Sequence record: CP132319.1
Source of the DNA: a plasmid
Length of the DNA: 64,000 bases
Direction: 5' to 3' (one strand)
Part shown: positions 28,714 through 40,060 of the stretch, in pieces
How the letters are laid out: every line of letters starts with the position of its first letter
Numbering within the stretch: position 1 is the stretch's first letter
Translations under genes and position numbers: made by a program
Notes under the pieces: generated by a model
Told to the model about the DNA's origin: nothing
The model's input: the letters and a program-made list of their open reading frames with translations, nothing else
The model's database searches: none

Positions 28714-29973
28714 TTACCCGATGGCAAATGGCTCGAAACGCAAGGGCATGCCCCGTTCTAGGGTTACGAGCTCCGGTGGCAGGATTGCCAGACCGTCGGC
28801 ATGGGCCATGGGCAACAGGCTTCCCGACGATCCGCGGCCCAGCATTGCAAGCAGGGGAGTGCCAGAAGCGTCGCGACTCTGAAGGCGGACGGCGACGAAT
28901 TCCGTTCGGCCCTCCTTCTTGCGCAACCCAAAGTCGGAGATCGCCGGCATCCAGACGGGATCCAAACGCTCGATCCCGGCCACAGCCCTGATCGCCGGCA
29001 GCGCAATCTTGTCAAGTGTCACGGCGGCGGCCATGGGATTCCCAGGAAGCCCGATAAAGAGCGCCGACCCCAGCGTGCCGAAGGAAACCGGCTTACCCGG
29101 CCGCATGGCGACATCAAGCACGCCGAGCGACCCGCCGCTGCGTGTTAGCGCGTCCCGCACATGATCCTCGCCACCCTTGGACATCCCGCCTGACGTCACG
29201 ACGATATCGTGCTCCGTAGCAGCGCTGTGAATGATATCGGTGGTCGCCTCAATCGTGTCCGGCGTCGCCCCGAGATCGCGGACTTCAAGCCAGGGATGCG
29301 ACAGCATGGAGGCGAGAAGGTAGCGGTTGGAATTGTAGATCTGGCCAGCTGCCAGGTGCTCACCCGGCTCTTTCAGTTCAGAGCCTGTTGTGATGAACCC
29401 GAGTCGGATCTTTCAAACGATGGAAATCCGAGACAAGCCTGCGGCCGCGAGCAGCGCAATCCGGTGTGCTGTCAGAACCGTCCCGGCCTTGAACAGCAGA
29501 GAGTTTTGGTCGACGTCTTCGCCCGCCCTGCGGATGTTCTCGCCTGGGCGGGGCCGGTAGGCGGTGGTGAACTCGCGATCGTGCCGCGAGCATTTTTCAC
29601 GGATGATCACGGCGTCGAAACCGGCCGGGATCATCGCGCCGGTGAAGATTTCCACGGCCTCAGCACTTTCGAAACTGCGGCTGCTGGCCTGATCTCCGGC
29701 TGCCACTCTGTCTGCGACCAGAAAGGTCCAGGGACCACTGCCGGAAAAATCTGCCGAGCGGACCGCAAACCCATCCATCGCCGAATGATCAAAGCGCGGC
29801 AAGGCACAGGGCGAGCGGATGTCGGCGGCCACAACTCTTCCCGCAGCAGAGAACAGTTCTAGATTTTCGCTGGCGGTCACGGGCCGACAGAGGCTGATGG
29901 CGCGGCTCACCGCATCGGCAACCGACAGCATGGGGCGAGCAGCGTAGGCTGGCCCGCAGTCGAGAGAGTCCAA
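28714..29973 (-). pseudogene. moeA: molybdopterin molybdenumtransferase MoeA interrupted by an in-frame TGA
   Basis: The N-terminal half (FDHSAMDGFAVRS) and C-terminal half (VVTSGGMSKGGEDHV) are in the same frame, separated only by a TGA at 29413-29415. The flanking residues (RISIV*KIRLGFITTGSELKEPGEHLAAGQIYNSNRY) align with MoeA. Confidence 0.7.
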
Positions 29974-29974
29974 C

Positions 29975-30154
29975 TGGACCGAGGTAGAGCGTGACGAGGA
30001 TGAAGCCCCACTTCATCACGGCCGGTTCTGGATTGTTCCTGAATTGATCCCAGGCAACATATGCCGTGCTCAAGCCTGAAAGGACGAACCAGATGAAAAG
30101 CAGGTAGTCGATGGGCTGAATAAACACAGTGCACTCCATGTCCGTGAGAATCAT
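29975..30154 (-). pseudogene. fragment of a small membrane protein gene
   Basis: About 60 aa of hydrophobic protein-like sequence (MECTVFIQPIDYLLFIWFVLSGL...MKWGFILVTLYLGPVGL), then GC-biased nonsense overlapping moeA. Confidence 0.3.
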
Positions 30155-30308
30155 GACATGGAGCGCACCGTACCGATTCCTAGTGTTGGAAGGTCAAGGG
30201 CGGCGCCCCTATTTTGGACCCTCCATTTCTTGGACATCCCAACCCCGTCAAGCCAAAAGGAACCATAGGTACGCCGGTGGAGCGGGGGCAATAGCTTACC
30301 GAGGGCTA

Positions 30309-31310
30309 TCAAAATGACAGAAACCGCTTCAAGCTCAAACCCGCCGACAGAATGTAAGGCGGCATAGCGAGTGAATAGTGACCACAGTTCAATTGCAAAA
30401 TACTTGGTCTAGCGCCTGCGCAGGTCAGCCTCTGTATTAACCTCTCCGACAGCTCTGGCAACACCACTTTATCTCTCTTCGCCAGCACAACGTGAAGAAT
30501 GAGATCCGGTCGTGCCAAACGATCCGCGTAATTCTCGATGTTAAGTGGCGCCCAGGCTCTCCTGAGATCAGTAAGCTCAATATCCGGTTCAAGGCTCTCT
30601 CGAATTGATCGCGTGGCACGGCCGGTCCAAACCATATCCGCGAGGCTTCCTGCCGCCAGAAACAGCGAGGCCTTAGAAACGGTCGCGTCGTGCGCCGCGA
30701 TGAGGCCTGCGACCCAGGAGCCCAGGCTCATACCGAGAACAGAAATCTCTCTGTAGCCTTCACTCTTTAACCAACGAATGAGTTTGCGCCCATCCCATAC
30801 CCCCTGCCTTATCGATTGGATCGTTCGACCGAGATTCGCGCTAAGCATGTAGTCGGCGTGCGTGGACCCCGGACGGCTGCGCTCGAGGTGATACGGCATA
30901 GCAATTTCCACAACCGTTATGCCTCGCTTGGAAAAGAACCTAGCAAGCTGATTATTCCGCGCACTTGCATTCCAATGGTGAAAAACCACCATCGCTCGGT
31001 CGAGCGATCCACTCTCGGTGATCCTCGCCCAAACGACATTATTCTCGTCGATGTCGGTCAGGGTGTCCGATGGAAACTTGAGCCATCCATCTCGCCGTTT
31101 AAAACCTTGATCGCTCCTAGTCGGCTCATCGAAGAAAGTCTGATCAGCCACGGCTTGGTCGGCGAGAAGACAAAACTCCTCGATACTCCCGATCTTCGCA
31201 GCGCCTGAAAAGGCCCGTTCCGCGTCGAGCGCGAAAACCGTTGCTTTCTTGCCTTCCTCACCGCGCTTTGCCCGCCGCTCATCCCAACGATCAAGCCAAT
31301 TATGAAACAT
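30309..31310 (-). CDS. alpha/beta-fold hydrolase (Ser-Asp-His)
   Basis: GMSLGS nucleophile elbow, with downstream Asp (AKRDKVV) and His (NCGHYS). 11-bp overlap with the upstream membrane-protein gene. Confidence 0.7.
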   Translation of the reverse strand: MFHNWLDRWDERRAKRGEEGKKATVFALDAERAFSGAAKIGSIEEFCLLADQAVADQTFFDEPTRSDQGFKRRDGWLKFPSDTLTDIDENNVVWARITESGSLDRAMVVFHHWNASARNNQLARFFSKRGITVVEIAMPYHLERSRPGSTHADYMLSANLGRTIQSIRQGVWDGRKLIRWLKSEGYREISVLGMSLGSWVAGLIAAHDATVSKASLFLAAGSLADMVWTGRATRSIRESLEPDIELTDLRRAWAPLNIENYADRLARPDLILHVVLAKRDKVVLPELSERLIQRLTCAGARPSILQLNCGHYSLAMPPYILSAGLSLKRFLSF

Positions 31311-33012
31311 TCAGATTGGTCCCTACTTCACTCGCCCGCCAACGGCCGAACGCCGGATCAAACAGGCCGTAAAGCGCAAGAAGCACTCCAAGGCCCAAAA
31401 GGATCGAAAAACCAGAAAAAGCACCGATCAACAAGTAGCCTGCAACGAGCAACGCTACGACCGTCGACATCTTCCACAAAGGTACACGAAACCGGTTTCC
31501 GGTACCCAAACCGATGGCGCCAAACAAAAAAACGATGCAGGTGGAAATAACGACAAGAAGGCTGCTGTAGTGCGTCGGCATTCTATAGCCGATCGTGCCG
31601 CTCAGATTGTCGAGCCCAAAAATAGCCGCTGACATATCTCTGATCAACCAAGCCGCAATATTCTCGCCGGCCGACGTCAGGTACGAGCTTTGGCCCTTCA
31701 TGCATATGGCGACCAAAATCCCCAAAACAGTACACCTGAAAATTCCCCGGATCAGGGTCAGTCCGACTTCGTTGAGCTGGGATCGGCAATCCACCTCAGG
31801 TCGCGTTTCCAGTTTCTTTCTGATTTTGCAAAAATCATAAGCGATCGTGTAAAGCAAAATGAGGCCTGCAAAGAAAATATAGAAAGAGATCGCCATGTAC
31901 AAATATGCAATCCCTGTGAATAGCATCGCCTCCGGCACTGATATGACATCAGGGCGCACGATCGCTAATTTTCCCCAGTCCATGGCATATTCGCCGCCGC
32001 CTTTCATTAGCGGGATCAAACACACTTCGATCCACTGAACAATCCCAGCGAATACAAAGCAAACCAGAAAAACCGCCCAATAGGTAGAGGAAGAGCTTTC
32101 TACGTTGCGCGCCCAAGCATCGTGGGAGTCCGTCCCGTCGGCCTGCGCGACAAGCTTCAGACGCCCCTCGAATTTCCAGAAGGCCAGAAGCTCTATCACG
32201 AACACGAAGAATAGTGGCAGGAACACCATGAAGACGAATGTCCAATTTGGCGCCCAGAGAAACCCGACCTGCTTAACGACCCCGTCCATTCGGTCGTAAC
32301 TCGCGCTGTGAACCCCCGTAACATAGGACAAAAACCCAAGAGCGGTGGCGCCCGCAAACACCGCCGCTGGCAAATTCAAGGGAGAGCCGGAGCTAAAAAG
32401 CGCCTCTGATCTCATCGCCAAACCCAAACGCCGAACTGGCGTCTTGGCGTCCGCATCCCCTGCCAACCCTACCGAGGGCATCGTCTCATCAGGGGCGGTC
32501 GCATTTTGTGCTATATCTGGGGCTTCCGGTGCAACGCTGCTTCCGGCTTTCCTCCCGTCTCGCCTCTTGGCCGTTAATCGAGATTGGGCCTCACTCAACT
32601 CCATCTGCCATTCGCTGGTTGCGACCGGATCATCGCACCCAAAAATCCTTGCCAGCCAACGAATGTTGGCGGTGCTGATTCCCTTGTCGTTCTCTTGAAA
32701 CCAAAGTTGCACCGTGCGCAGGTCGATCCCAATCCGGTTGGCATTAATCTGTGAAATCGCCTCTGCAAGTAGCTCCGGCGTCCATGGTCCTGCTGGAAAT
32801 CCATCGCTGCCAAGCGGCCGTCCCGCTCCGGCCGCGGCCGTTCGTTTGAATAGTTCTTTGAAATCACTCCCGTCCTTCGGCGGAGGGAGAAAAAACTTTC
32901 CGTTGTTCAACAAAGACTTAGTGGCTCGCGTTTCGTTTCGTTTCGCTAGATTTCGTATCTTGTCGTGCCTTCGTTCCCAAATAGAGGCCTGTTCCCCCCG
33001 CAACAGACCCAC
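31300..33012 (-). CDS. XRE-type HTH domain fused to a large polytopic membrane domain (570 aa)
   Basis: N-terminal ~170 aa cytoplasmic part with an HTH (LLAEAISQINANRIGIDLRTVQLWFQENDKGISTANIRWLARIFG), followed by about 9 predicted TM helices. No family recognised. Confidence 0.6.
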   Translation of the reverse strand: MGLLRGEQASIWERRHDKIRNLAKRNETRATKSLLNNGKFFLPPPKDGSDFKELFKRTAAAGAGRPLGSDGFPAGPWTPELLAEAISQINANRIGIDLRTVQLWFQENDKGISTANIRWLARIFGCDDPVATSEWQMELSEAQSRLTAKRRDGRKAGSSVAPEAPDIAQNATAPDETMPSVGLAGDADAKTPVRRLGLAMRSEALFSSGSPLNLPAAVFAGATALGFLSYVTGVHSASYDRMDGVVKQVGFLWAPNWTFVFMVFLPLFFVFVIELLAFWKFEGRLKLVAQADGTDSHDAWARNVESSSSTYWAVFLVCFVFAGIVQWIEVCLIPLMKGGGEYAMDWGKLAIVRPDVISVPEAMLFTGIAYLYMAISFYIFFAGLILLYTIAYDFCKIRKKLETRPEVDCRSQLNEVGLTLIRGIFRCTVLGILVAICMKGQSSYLTSAGENIAAWLIRDMSAAIFGLDNLSGTIGYRMPTHYSSLLVVISTCIVFLFGAIGLGTGNRFRVPLWKMSTVVALLVAGYLLIGAFSGFSILLGLGVLLALYGLFDPAFGRWRASEVGTNLNVS

Positions 33013-33158
33013 GATTACGCAGGCTGTTTTCGGTCGACGGTCATTTGTTTCGATGAACCCCCCTCAACCGATCATGCGGCGCGCCGCGGTACTTGGCAGC
33101 CGATTGTGTTTTCTCGTGGTCCAACGCGTGTGTGGAAATTCGAGACGGTGTCATTATT

Positions 33159-33929
33159 ATGGAACGAAATATGGGCAAGCCTTTGCGTGGTCAGACAGTC
33201 CTGGTCACCGGCGCGTCGGGCGGCATAGGGGCGGCAATCGTGGAGCGCCTCGCCTCGGAGGGTGCGCGGCCAATCATCCACTATTGCCAGGACGAGGATG
33301 CGGCGGAGACACTATTGGCCCGTATTGGTGGCGACGGCTTGATGGTGCAAGCCGATCTTTCGACTTCGGAGGGGCCATGCACATTGTGGCGGAAAGCGGT
33401 TGCTTTCGCGGGACGTATTCACGGTGTCATTAACAATGCGGGTATCCGTACCGAAATTCCGATAGAGAATTCAGCCGCGGCCTGGAAGGCCGCATGGCAA
33501 ATGGAGTTTCAACTCAATCTCTTTGCTGCGGCCGATCTCTGTAGGGAGGCGATCAGGCATTTTCGAACCGAGGGTGGTGGGCGCATCATTAACATGGCAG
33601 GCCAAGCCGGTCAGCGTGGCTCCGCCGCCGACATACTGCCTCATGGCGCGACCAAGGCCGCGCTCATCAATCTCACCAAATCCATCGCCTCAAGCTTCGC
33701 TCGTGAGGGGGTGATAGCGGTGTCTATCGCACCTGGCCTCGTCCGAACGGAGATGGCAGAGAAATACATCGCCGCCCATGACAAGGGAGAAGCTGTAGGG
33801 GACATTCCAATAGGGGATATGGCCGAAGCATCCGAAATAGCTGAACTTGTCGCGTTTTTGTTGCGTCACTCTCAGGAGTCGCTCAACGGTGCCACCCTCG
33901 ATGTCAATGGCGGCAGCTATATTCGCTAA
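33159..33929 (+). CDS. SDR-family oxidoreductase
   Basis: TGASGGIG cofactor motif, NNAG, and the catalytic Y-x3-K region. Confidence 0.85.
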   Translation: MERNMGKPLRGQTVLVTGASGGIGAAIVERLASEGARPIIHYCQDEDAAETLLARIGGDGLMVQADLSTSEGPCTLWRKAVAFAGRIHGVINNAGIRTEIPIENSAAAWKAAWQMEFQLNLFAAADLCREAIRHFRTEGGGRIINMAGQAGQRGSAADILPHGATKAALINLTKSIASSFAREGVIAVSIAPGLVRTEMAEKYIAAHDKGEAVGDIPIGDMAEASEIAELVAFLLRHSQESLNGATLDVNGGSYIR

Positions 33930-33979
33930 CCCGGGATAGCAACCAGAAGCAGTTTCAGCAAATCCGCGTGAAGCCGAAA

Positions 33980-36103
33980 TCATTCATCGGCAAGCGCGAG
34001 CGTGACCTCTTTCCGGACCTTTTTCGCCGCCCGCTTCTTCGCGGGAGAGCTTTTGAATATGGTCAAGATCTTCTCGATAGATTGGTCTGCCCCGGCCTTT
34101 CGTAGAGCGCTTGCGTCCAACGCCGATTTAAAGTCTGGAGCTGGACTTGTGCAGGACGGGTCGCTGTTCTGGCCGGGGCGCGGGGTCTCATTGGCACCCT
34201 CGGGCAGTTCATGAAATTGCTCGGGTTGCAATTGACTCGGCGGCTTCCTGAGAACCGCCGAGCTATTCGCAGCAAATTTTGCTCCGGGTATCGATATGAT
34301 CTGCGAAGCGCTGACAGGAGACGGCCCAGCCTCTGGTACTTCGAACTCGAAATTGCCAACGCCTTCAACCGACGTTTCCTTTGATGGCGCTCGCATCTGC
34401 AGCCATGCGCGCTTCGTAAGCTCCTTATCAGCATAATAGAAATTCCGTACGCCCAATATCGGCTGCTGATTTCGGAGCTTGATGATGCATCGTGTCTCGT
34501 TCATCGAACCCAATTCATCGGGGCGCATCAGGGGCCGCATCGCAGTCTTGTGGGACATCGTGGCACCCTTGCGATCGAACAGAGTCACGCCGGTCGAAAC
34601 GGCCTTATCGACCGTAACTTCCTTCCGCTCGCCGAGCAGCTGGGACACGTAGCGCTGATCCTCCGGGTCTTGCGCGCCGAGGAAGATCTGAGCGCGCGCC
34701 GAATTGACGAGGGCCTGCCGTCCCTCGCGGGTATAGACGTTGTCGATCGACCGCAGGGACTGGACGAAGAACCAGCAGGGAATGCCATAGCCACCGAGAA
34801 CGGTAGCAACAGTGAGGGCATTTTCCAGCTTGCCCAGGTTTTGGAATTCATCGAGCAGGACCAGCACGCGCCGCTCGCCGCGCTTCATCATGTTGCGCGA
34901 CATGTAGTCCATGAACTGGACCATGAGCACATTAAAGATCGGCCCGATCGAGGCGATCTGCTGGATGCGGAAATCCAGATAGAGGCTCATATTCTCGCGG
35001 CGCATCGCGCGGATGTCGAAGGTCGACCGCGCCGTCGCGCGCAGGATGCGATTGTTCTTGAACGGCCGCACCGCTGCGGCCAGCGACCCGTAGATACCAT
35101 CGAACTGCTTGCTGGCCATGACGGCGAAGCGGGCGAGGGTGGTATAGGTGAAGGAACTGATCCAAGTTTCGCGAAGCTCCGGATTGGCGACTTCCTCAAG
35201 CCATTCGCGGAGTGGCTGATCGCCACCCTCCACGACATTGAGGACCGTGCCGAGATTCTTGTCCTTGTCGAGAATATCGGGGTTTTCCAATACCCAGGAC
35301 GTGACGCCGGCGAACAGCGCACGGGCGTCGGAGATCCAATAGGCATCGCCCTTGGGCGTCGGCAACAGCGCCATCGCGATCGAGTTGATGTCGATATCGC
35401 GTTGATCAGGATCGATGGCGACGAAGTCGAGCGGATTATAGCATTCGGTATCGCCATTCTCGTCGGCTGGCGAGAAACGCAGGACGCGGGAGAATTTCGA
35501 GCGGAAGCCGGCCGTCGCCTCATAGGTCTCGCCGCGCATGTCGAGCACGACGATGCTGTCCGGCCATAGCAGGCAATTCGGCACGATGAGCGACGCGCCC
35601 TTGCCTGACCGGGGCGGGCCGATGACGAAGCCGCCTACGTCGTCGCCGTCGATCCAGAGCTTCTTGCCGCCGAACAGCATCGGTTTCAAGAACCGTCGCC
35701 GGCCAGAGCCGCGCTGGGTGAAGCCGCCCGGCACCTTGATCAGGCTGCCGCCGATCCGGCCGACGAACACACCGCCGGTGCGCGTCAGGCCGAGGGCGCG
35801 GGCTTCCAGCGGGCCGAGGAACCGGGCATCCGTCGATTTCTTCTTGCCGGTCATCGCGGTGACGAGCATGGCGCCGCCGGCGAGGAGGCCTGCCGCCGTC
35901 GCTATCGCCGGCCGATGCCAGTCGCCGGCGGCGATATCGAGCCGCGCGGCCCGATAGGACGCCAGCATATCGTCCTGCAGCGCCTGGAACATCCATGTCG
36001 AATCGTCGAAGGCATAGCAGAGGCCGGCATAGGCGAGCGAGGCAACGAACGCCGCCGCCGCTGCGGCGATGATCAGCCCGAACAGCAGGATCGCTGGGTT
36101 CAT
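33980..36103 (-). CDS. virD4: type IV coupling protein VirD4/TraG
   Basis: N-terminal TM helices, Walker A PPRSGKGAS, Walker B VLVLLDEF, 707 aa. Confidence 0.9.
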   Translation of the reverse strand: MNPAILLFGLIIAAAAAAFVASLAYAGLCYAFDDSTWMFQALQDDMLASYRAARLDIAAGDWHRPAIATAAGLLAGGAMLVTAMTGKKKSTDARFLGPLEARALGLTRTGGVFVGRIGGSLIKVPGGFTQRGSGRRRFLKPMLFGGKKLWIDGDDVGGFVIGPPRSGKGASLIVPNCLLWPDSIVVLDMRGETYEATAGFRSKFSRVLRFSPADENGDTECYNPLDFVAIDPDQRDIDINSIAMALLPTPKGDAYWISDARALFAGVTSWVLENPDILDKDKNLGTVLNVVEGGDQPLREWLEEVANPELRETWISSFTYTTLARFAVMASKQFDGIYGSLAAAVRPFKNNRILRATARSTFDIRAMRRENMSLYLDFRIQQIASIGPIFNVLMVQFMDYMSRNMMKRGERRVLVLLDEFQNLGKLENALTVATVLGGYGIPCWFFVQSLRSIDNVYTREGRQALVNSARAQIFLGAQDPEDQRYVSQLLGERKEVTVDKAVSTGVTLFDRKGATMSHKTAMRPLMRPDELGSMNETRCIIKLRNQQPILGVRNFYYADKELTKRAWLQMRAPSKETSVEGVGNFEFEVPEAGPSPVSASQIISIPGAKFAANSSAVLRKPPSQLQPEQFHELPEGANETPRPGQNSDPSCTSPAPDFKSALDASALRKAGADQSIEKILTIFKSSPAKKRAAKKVRKEVTLALADE

Positions 36104-37098
36104 AACGTGTCCGCCTTGGTGAAGACGATTTCCGAGACGACGCGGCGACCGTCCGTTAGTCGCTCGAGCTGAACGACAATGGGAATGACTTCTTTCAGGT
36201 AGTCGATGATCTCCTGCTTTCTTAGCGTGACGCCGCTCTGTAGCACCATCAGCGCCAGGCGGTCGTATGCATCTCGCGCGCTGTTTGCGTGGACCGTCGT
36301 GAGGGAACCGGGATGACCTGTATTGATCGCCTGCAGGAAGGAGAATGCCTCTTCACCCCGAAGCTCTCCCAACATTACGCGGTCCGGACGCATGCGCAAC
36401 GAAGCTTCCAGCAACTCCTGCGGCGTGACTTTGGCGCGCCCCTGATCGCCCTTTGACGCAATCAGGGCAACCGTGTTCGGGGTGATCGGCCTGAGCTCTC
36501 GTGTATCTTCTATCGTCACGATGCGTTCCTCCTCCGGCACTTCTTTCAGCAGTGCATTGAGGAATGTGGATTTGCCCGTTGAGGTGCCACCGGACACCGC
36601 GATCGAAACGCGCGAGCGCACGGCCGTCCGAAGAAACTGCAGGACGTCGACATCCCCCTTCATCATGGCAGCAAGCTGTTCCTCTGCTGCTGAGAGCGTG
36701 AGTTGCCGACCGACCTTAGTGTCATCGAAGGCACCACGGCTCTTATAGATATCCAGGCCGATATCGTGGATCACCTGCTTGCGGATCGAGATCGCGCCTC
36801 CATCGGGCGCGGCCGGCGGCAGCACGCACTGGAAGCGTTCGCCTGTCGGCAGGGACGCAGACAACATGGGCCGTTCATCGTTTACGACCTGATTGGTGGA
36901 GCCGGCGACGCGTTCGCTCAGCGTCCGTATCCATTCGGCAGAGAACTGCGTGTCGACGACACGCTCCATGCCAGCGACGCCAAGGCGTTCGACGAACAGT
37001 TCGCCGGGGCGGTTCACCGAGATTTCCGAGACGCGCTCATCCGAAAGAAACGGCTTCAGCCGCTCCAGTGCTTTGTCGAGGAACGGAAACTGCTTCAT
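36100..37098 (-). CDS. virB11: VirB11/TrbB-family T4SS ATPase
   Basis: Walker A GGTSTGKST, and the RVMLGELRG and HPGSLTTVHANSA blocks. Confidence 0.9.
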   Translation of the reverse strand: MKQFPFLDKALERLKPFLSDERVSEISVNRPGELFVERLGVAGMERVVDTQFSAEWIRTLSERVAGSTNQVVNDERPMLSASLPTGERFQCVLPPAAPDGGAISIRKQVIHDIGLDIYKSRGAFDDTKVGRQLTLSAAEEQLAAMMKGDVDVLQFLRTAVRSRVSIAVSGGTSTGKSTFLNALLKEVPEEERIVTIEDTRELRPITPNTVALIASKGDQGRAKVTPQELLEASLRMRPDRVMLGELRGEEAFSFLQAINTGHPGSLTTVHANSARDAYDRLALMVLQSGVTLRKQEIIDYLKEVIPIVVQLERLTDGRRVVSEIVFTKADTL

Positions 37099-38516
37099 TT
37101 GTAGACCGGCGCGACTGGATAGTAGGGCGTCGGATCGACGTTGCGCCGGATTTGTCCACCGCGCTTCAGCCGCATCATCTCCTGCCGGACCGGATCAGCG
37201 TAGAAGGCGGAGAAATCGAGATCGCGTCGCAGATAGACGATGATCGACTCGCCCTGGGCGACATAGATCGTCGGCGGGATTTTCGAACTTTCCTTGAACG
37301 CCTCGTTGGCGATGTCCTGCAGGATGGCCGATGATTTCTCGGCGGCAATCGAACGGGCTTCGGCGGCGGTGCGGCTCGGCTCGGTGGTGATCGTCGTCAC
37401 CACGCCGGTGATCGGATCGACGGTCGAGATCGAGCGGGCGCTTTCCGTGGCGGTGTCGCCGAGCGCCGAGACATATTCCGCCGCGCCGCCTATCACCGAC
37501 AGCATGATCGCGGAACCGAAGCGCTCCCAGAAATGCGTGTCGATCTCGCCGGTCAGCCCGGCGCGGCCGAGACGGTCGGCGCCGGGCGAGGCGATCTCGG
37601 CGGAAAGGCCGTCGGAGCGAATGACACGCGACCAGACGACGAAGATGCGCTTCTGCCCCCGCGCCGGGCCGGACTTGTATTCCCCTATCAGGCGGGAGCC
37701 CTTCGGAATGAGGATGCGAGCGCCATCGAGCGAACGGACGTCCTCGCGCACGACGGCGCGCACCATGCCCGGCAGGTCCGTGTTGATCGCTGTCTCCAGG
37801 AACCCTCGAATCATCGTGCCCTGGGCGACGAGCGCGTCGGTCCGGTCGAAGCGTGTTGCCTTGACGATGCCGGCGGTCTGCTTTTCCGACTGCGCGAGGA
37901 ACGCCTTGTTGGCGTCGCTCTCCGCGCCGGGAACCGCGACAAGCTGACCCTCATCGGCGATCGTCACCGACTGGTCTCCGGCCGACAGGCTTTCGCGGCC
38001 GGAACCGTCGACGATGATCTGTTCAGAGCGCAGCCGTTCCCAGCGCGCCTTCTCTTCATCTTCCAGGCGTTTGGCCTCCAGCGCGGCAAGCCTCGCATCC
38101 TCTTCGGCACGCCGGCGCGCTTCTTCCGCCCGAAGCCGCTCCTCCTCGGCGCGACGACGCGCCTCTTCGATCTGGTGCAACTTTTCGAGATCGTCACCCT
38201 GATTGACGGTGACGTCGACAGTAGCGGAGTCCACCGGCTTCTTCTCTTCGACCGGAATCTGCACCAGGTTCGGATCGGCCGCCTGTTTCACCGGCTCGTC
38301 GGGGAAATCGCGGATGCTGGAGTTCGACGTCTCGAAGGTCTCGCCGGTGCCCTCAGTCAGATTGGAGGTCTGCGGGCCGGTCGGCCAGTTAACATAGGCG
38401 AGGATGCCGGCGCCGACGACAAGCAGGAGAGGGAGGGCGAGCTTGCCCAAGCGACCGTTGCGGTCGCTCGCCACGCTGCTTTGCCCGTCGAGGTGGTCGA
38501 AATCGATCTTGCTCAT
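37095..38516 (-). CDS. virB10: VirB10/TrbI
   Basis: N-terminal TM, a Pro- and coiled-coil-rich linker ([16 protein letters not shown]), and a C-terminal beta-barrel domain ([24 protein letters not shown]). Confidence 0.85.
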   Translation of the reverse strand: MSKIDFDHLDGQSSVASDRNGRLGKLALPLLLVVGAGILAYVNWPTGPQTSNLTEGTGETFETSNSSIRDFPDEPVKQAADPNLVQIPVEEKKPVDSATVDVTVNQGDDLEKLHQIEEARRRAEEERLRAEEARRRAEEDARLAALEAKRLEDEEKARWERLRSEQIIVDGSGRESLSAGDQSVTIADEGQLVAVPGAESDANKAFLAQSEKQTAGIVKATRFDRTDALVAQGTMIRGFLETAINTDLPGMVRAVVREDVRSLDGARILIPKGSRLIGEYKSGPARGQKRIFVVWSRVIRSDGLSAEIASPGADRLGRAGLTGEIDTHFWERFGSAIMLSVIGGAAEYVSALGDTATESARSISTVDPITGVVTTITTEPSRTAAEARSIAAEKSSAILQDIANEAFKESSKIPPTIYVAQGESIIVYLRRDLDFSAFYADPVRQEMMRLKRGGQIRRNVDPTPYYPVAPVYK

Positions 38517-39295
38517 CGCTGGCGCTCCTCTTTGCTGCCGAGGCGCTTCGGCCCGTAGGCGTCTTCGATGAGATCGAAGGATTGGCGATTGGCCTGCCGA
38601 TTATAGAGGCACAGCCACTTGTCGCCGGCGCGCAGCGTGAACTGCGCCGCGATCTTGTCGACCACCACGTATTTGCCCTGGGTGCGCAGGTTGACGAGCG
38701 ATTCCTGACGCTTGCCCTCGACGACGAAAATGGCGGGGATTTCGTCGGGGAATTCCAGATACATATGCGTGCCGTCGTCGAAAGCGACACGCGGCTTCAG
38801 GCTGGTATCGCCCTTGAACACATAGTCGTAGTTCAGACGGCCTGGATCGAGATCCTTGAGCAGCGGATCCTTGGCGCTTTCCTGTGCGGCGGCCAGCAGC
38901 CGCGCGTTGACGTCCTCGTCCGGATATTTGAACCGCACCTGGAATGCCGCGCGCAGGTCGGCCGCCGCCGAGCCTTTCAGCAGCAAGGCATAAACGCGCT
39001 GGTTGGTGACGATGTTGACGTTCGTTTCGGCATTCTCGCGCAACGGCTTCACGAACAGGATGCCGGAGCCCTTCTTGGGGACGATCGACCAGCTGGCCGT
39101 GTCGCCGGCCGAGATCGTCTCGATCACCTCGGAGCTGCCGAGCTGGATCATCGTCGAGACGCCAAGCCCCGCCGGCACGGTCACGACGGAATTATTGTTG
39201 AAGGTGATGTAGCGGATGCGAGGATCGGCCGCCGTGGATGTGATCGCTGTGACGAGCAGCGCGAGCGTTGCGAGAGCAAGGAAGGATTTCCGCAT
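38513..39295 (-). CDS. virB9: VirB9/TrbG
   Basis: Signal peptide [14 protein letters not shown] and the conserved VirB9 beta-domain. Start set at the internal Met of the listed ORF. Confidence 0.85.
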   Translation of the reverse strand: MRKSFLALATLALLVTAITSTAADPRIRYITFNNNSVVTVPAGLGVSTMIQLGSSEVIETISAGDTASWSIVPKKGSGILFVKPLRENAETNVNIVTNQRVYALLLKGSAAADLRAAFQVRFKYPDEDVNARLLAAAQESAKDPLLKDLDPGRLNYDYVFKGDTSLKPRVAFDDGTHMYLEFPDEIPAIFVVEGKRQESLVNLRTQGKYVVVDKIAAQFTLRAGDKWLCLYNRQANRQSFDLIEDAYGPKRLGSKEERQR

Positions 39296-40029
39296 CAGCG
39301 TGCCGCCTTGTCCGCCGGCAGGACTTCGGGCAGCGATTCCTGGTCGCGCCTGTATTCGACGACCTGAAAGCCGAGAGGATTGTCGAAGCGATATTCGTTC
39401 TTCAGCGGCGCCGTCGTATAGCGGAAGCGGACCACCGAGACCCAGTGCTCGCGGCGAAGGGTGTTGTCGCGCCGCGTCTCCGTCGAAAAGCGCACGGTCG
39501 CCGTGGAGGCGTTGAGGAACGAGACCGACTTGATGGTGACAGCGATGCGCGTGTCGCGGCCGAGCACCTTGTCCTTCGACTGCGGGTTCGACGGCTCGAA
39601 CTCGTGTCGCAAGTCCGCCGAGGCCTGACCCGTCGAATAGAGTTGGGCGAGATCGTAATTGTCCTTCAGTGCCCGAGGATCGTAGGTCTCGCGCGCGCGG
39701 ATGTAGCGCACGATGTTCGCCGTCTTGATCGCGTCGTTTTCGGAAAGCTTGCTCTCGTTCAGGGACCGGGCGACCTCGACGAAGCCGGTGGTCTTGTCGG
39801 CGATCACCACCACGGCCTCGAATTGCTTCAGAGGAACGAGAAGGTTGAGGGCCGAGAGGCTGAGCATCGTGGAGATGCCGGCGACTGTCGCAACCGTCCA
39901 GGCAATTTTCCGTGAGCGGCGCTCCTTGCGATAAAGCTCCGCCTCCCAAGAGGCGCCGGCTTTCCAGTAGGCGGTCAGGTCGATCGGCGGAGTTTCGGGT
40001 GTGTGTTCGGTTGGATCTGCGTTGCTCAT
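39295..40029 (-). CDS. virB8: VirB8/TrbF
   Basis: Single N-terminal TM plus a periplasmic NTF2-like domain. Confidence 0.8.
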   Translation of the reverse strand: MSNADPTEHTPETPPIDLTAYWKAGASWEAELYRKERRSRKIAWTVATVAGISTMLSLSALNLLVPLKQFEAVVVIADKTTGFVEVARSLNESKLSENDAIKTANIVRYIRARETYDPRALKDNYDLAQLYSTGQASADLRHEFEPSNPQSKDKVLGRDTRIAVTIKSVSFLNASTATVRFSTETRRDNTLRREHWVSVVRFRYTTAPLKNEYRFDNPLGFQVVEYRRDQESLPEVLPADKAAR

Positions 40030-40060
40030 TTGGGCTTCCGATAAACCGCCAAGTACGACG

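Noticed and set aside
29413-29415. In-frame TGA in moeA as a possible selenocysteine codon
   Set aside because: MoeA is not a known selenoprotein, and no SECIS-like stem-loop is evident downstream. A nonsense mutation or sequencing error is more parsimonious.
34550-35569. Large plus-strand ORFs inside virD4, and similarly 37294-38558 inside virB10 and 44137-45993 inside virB4
   Set aside because: The opposite-strand genes have unambiguous T4SS homology, so these are frame artefacts.
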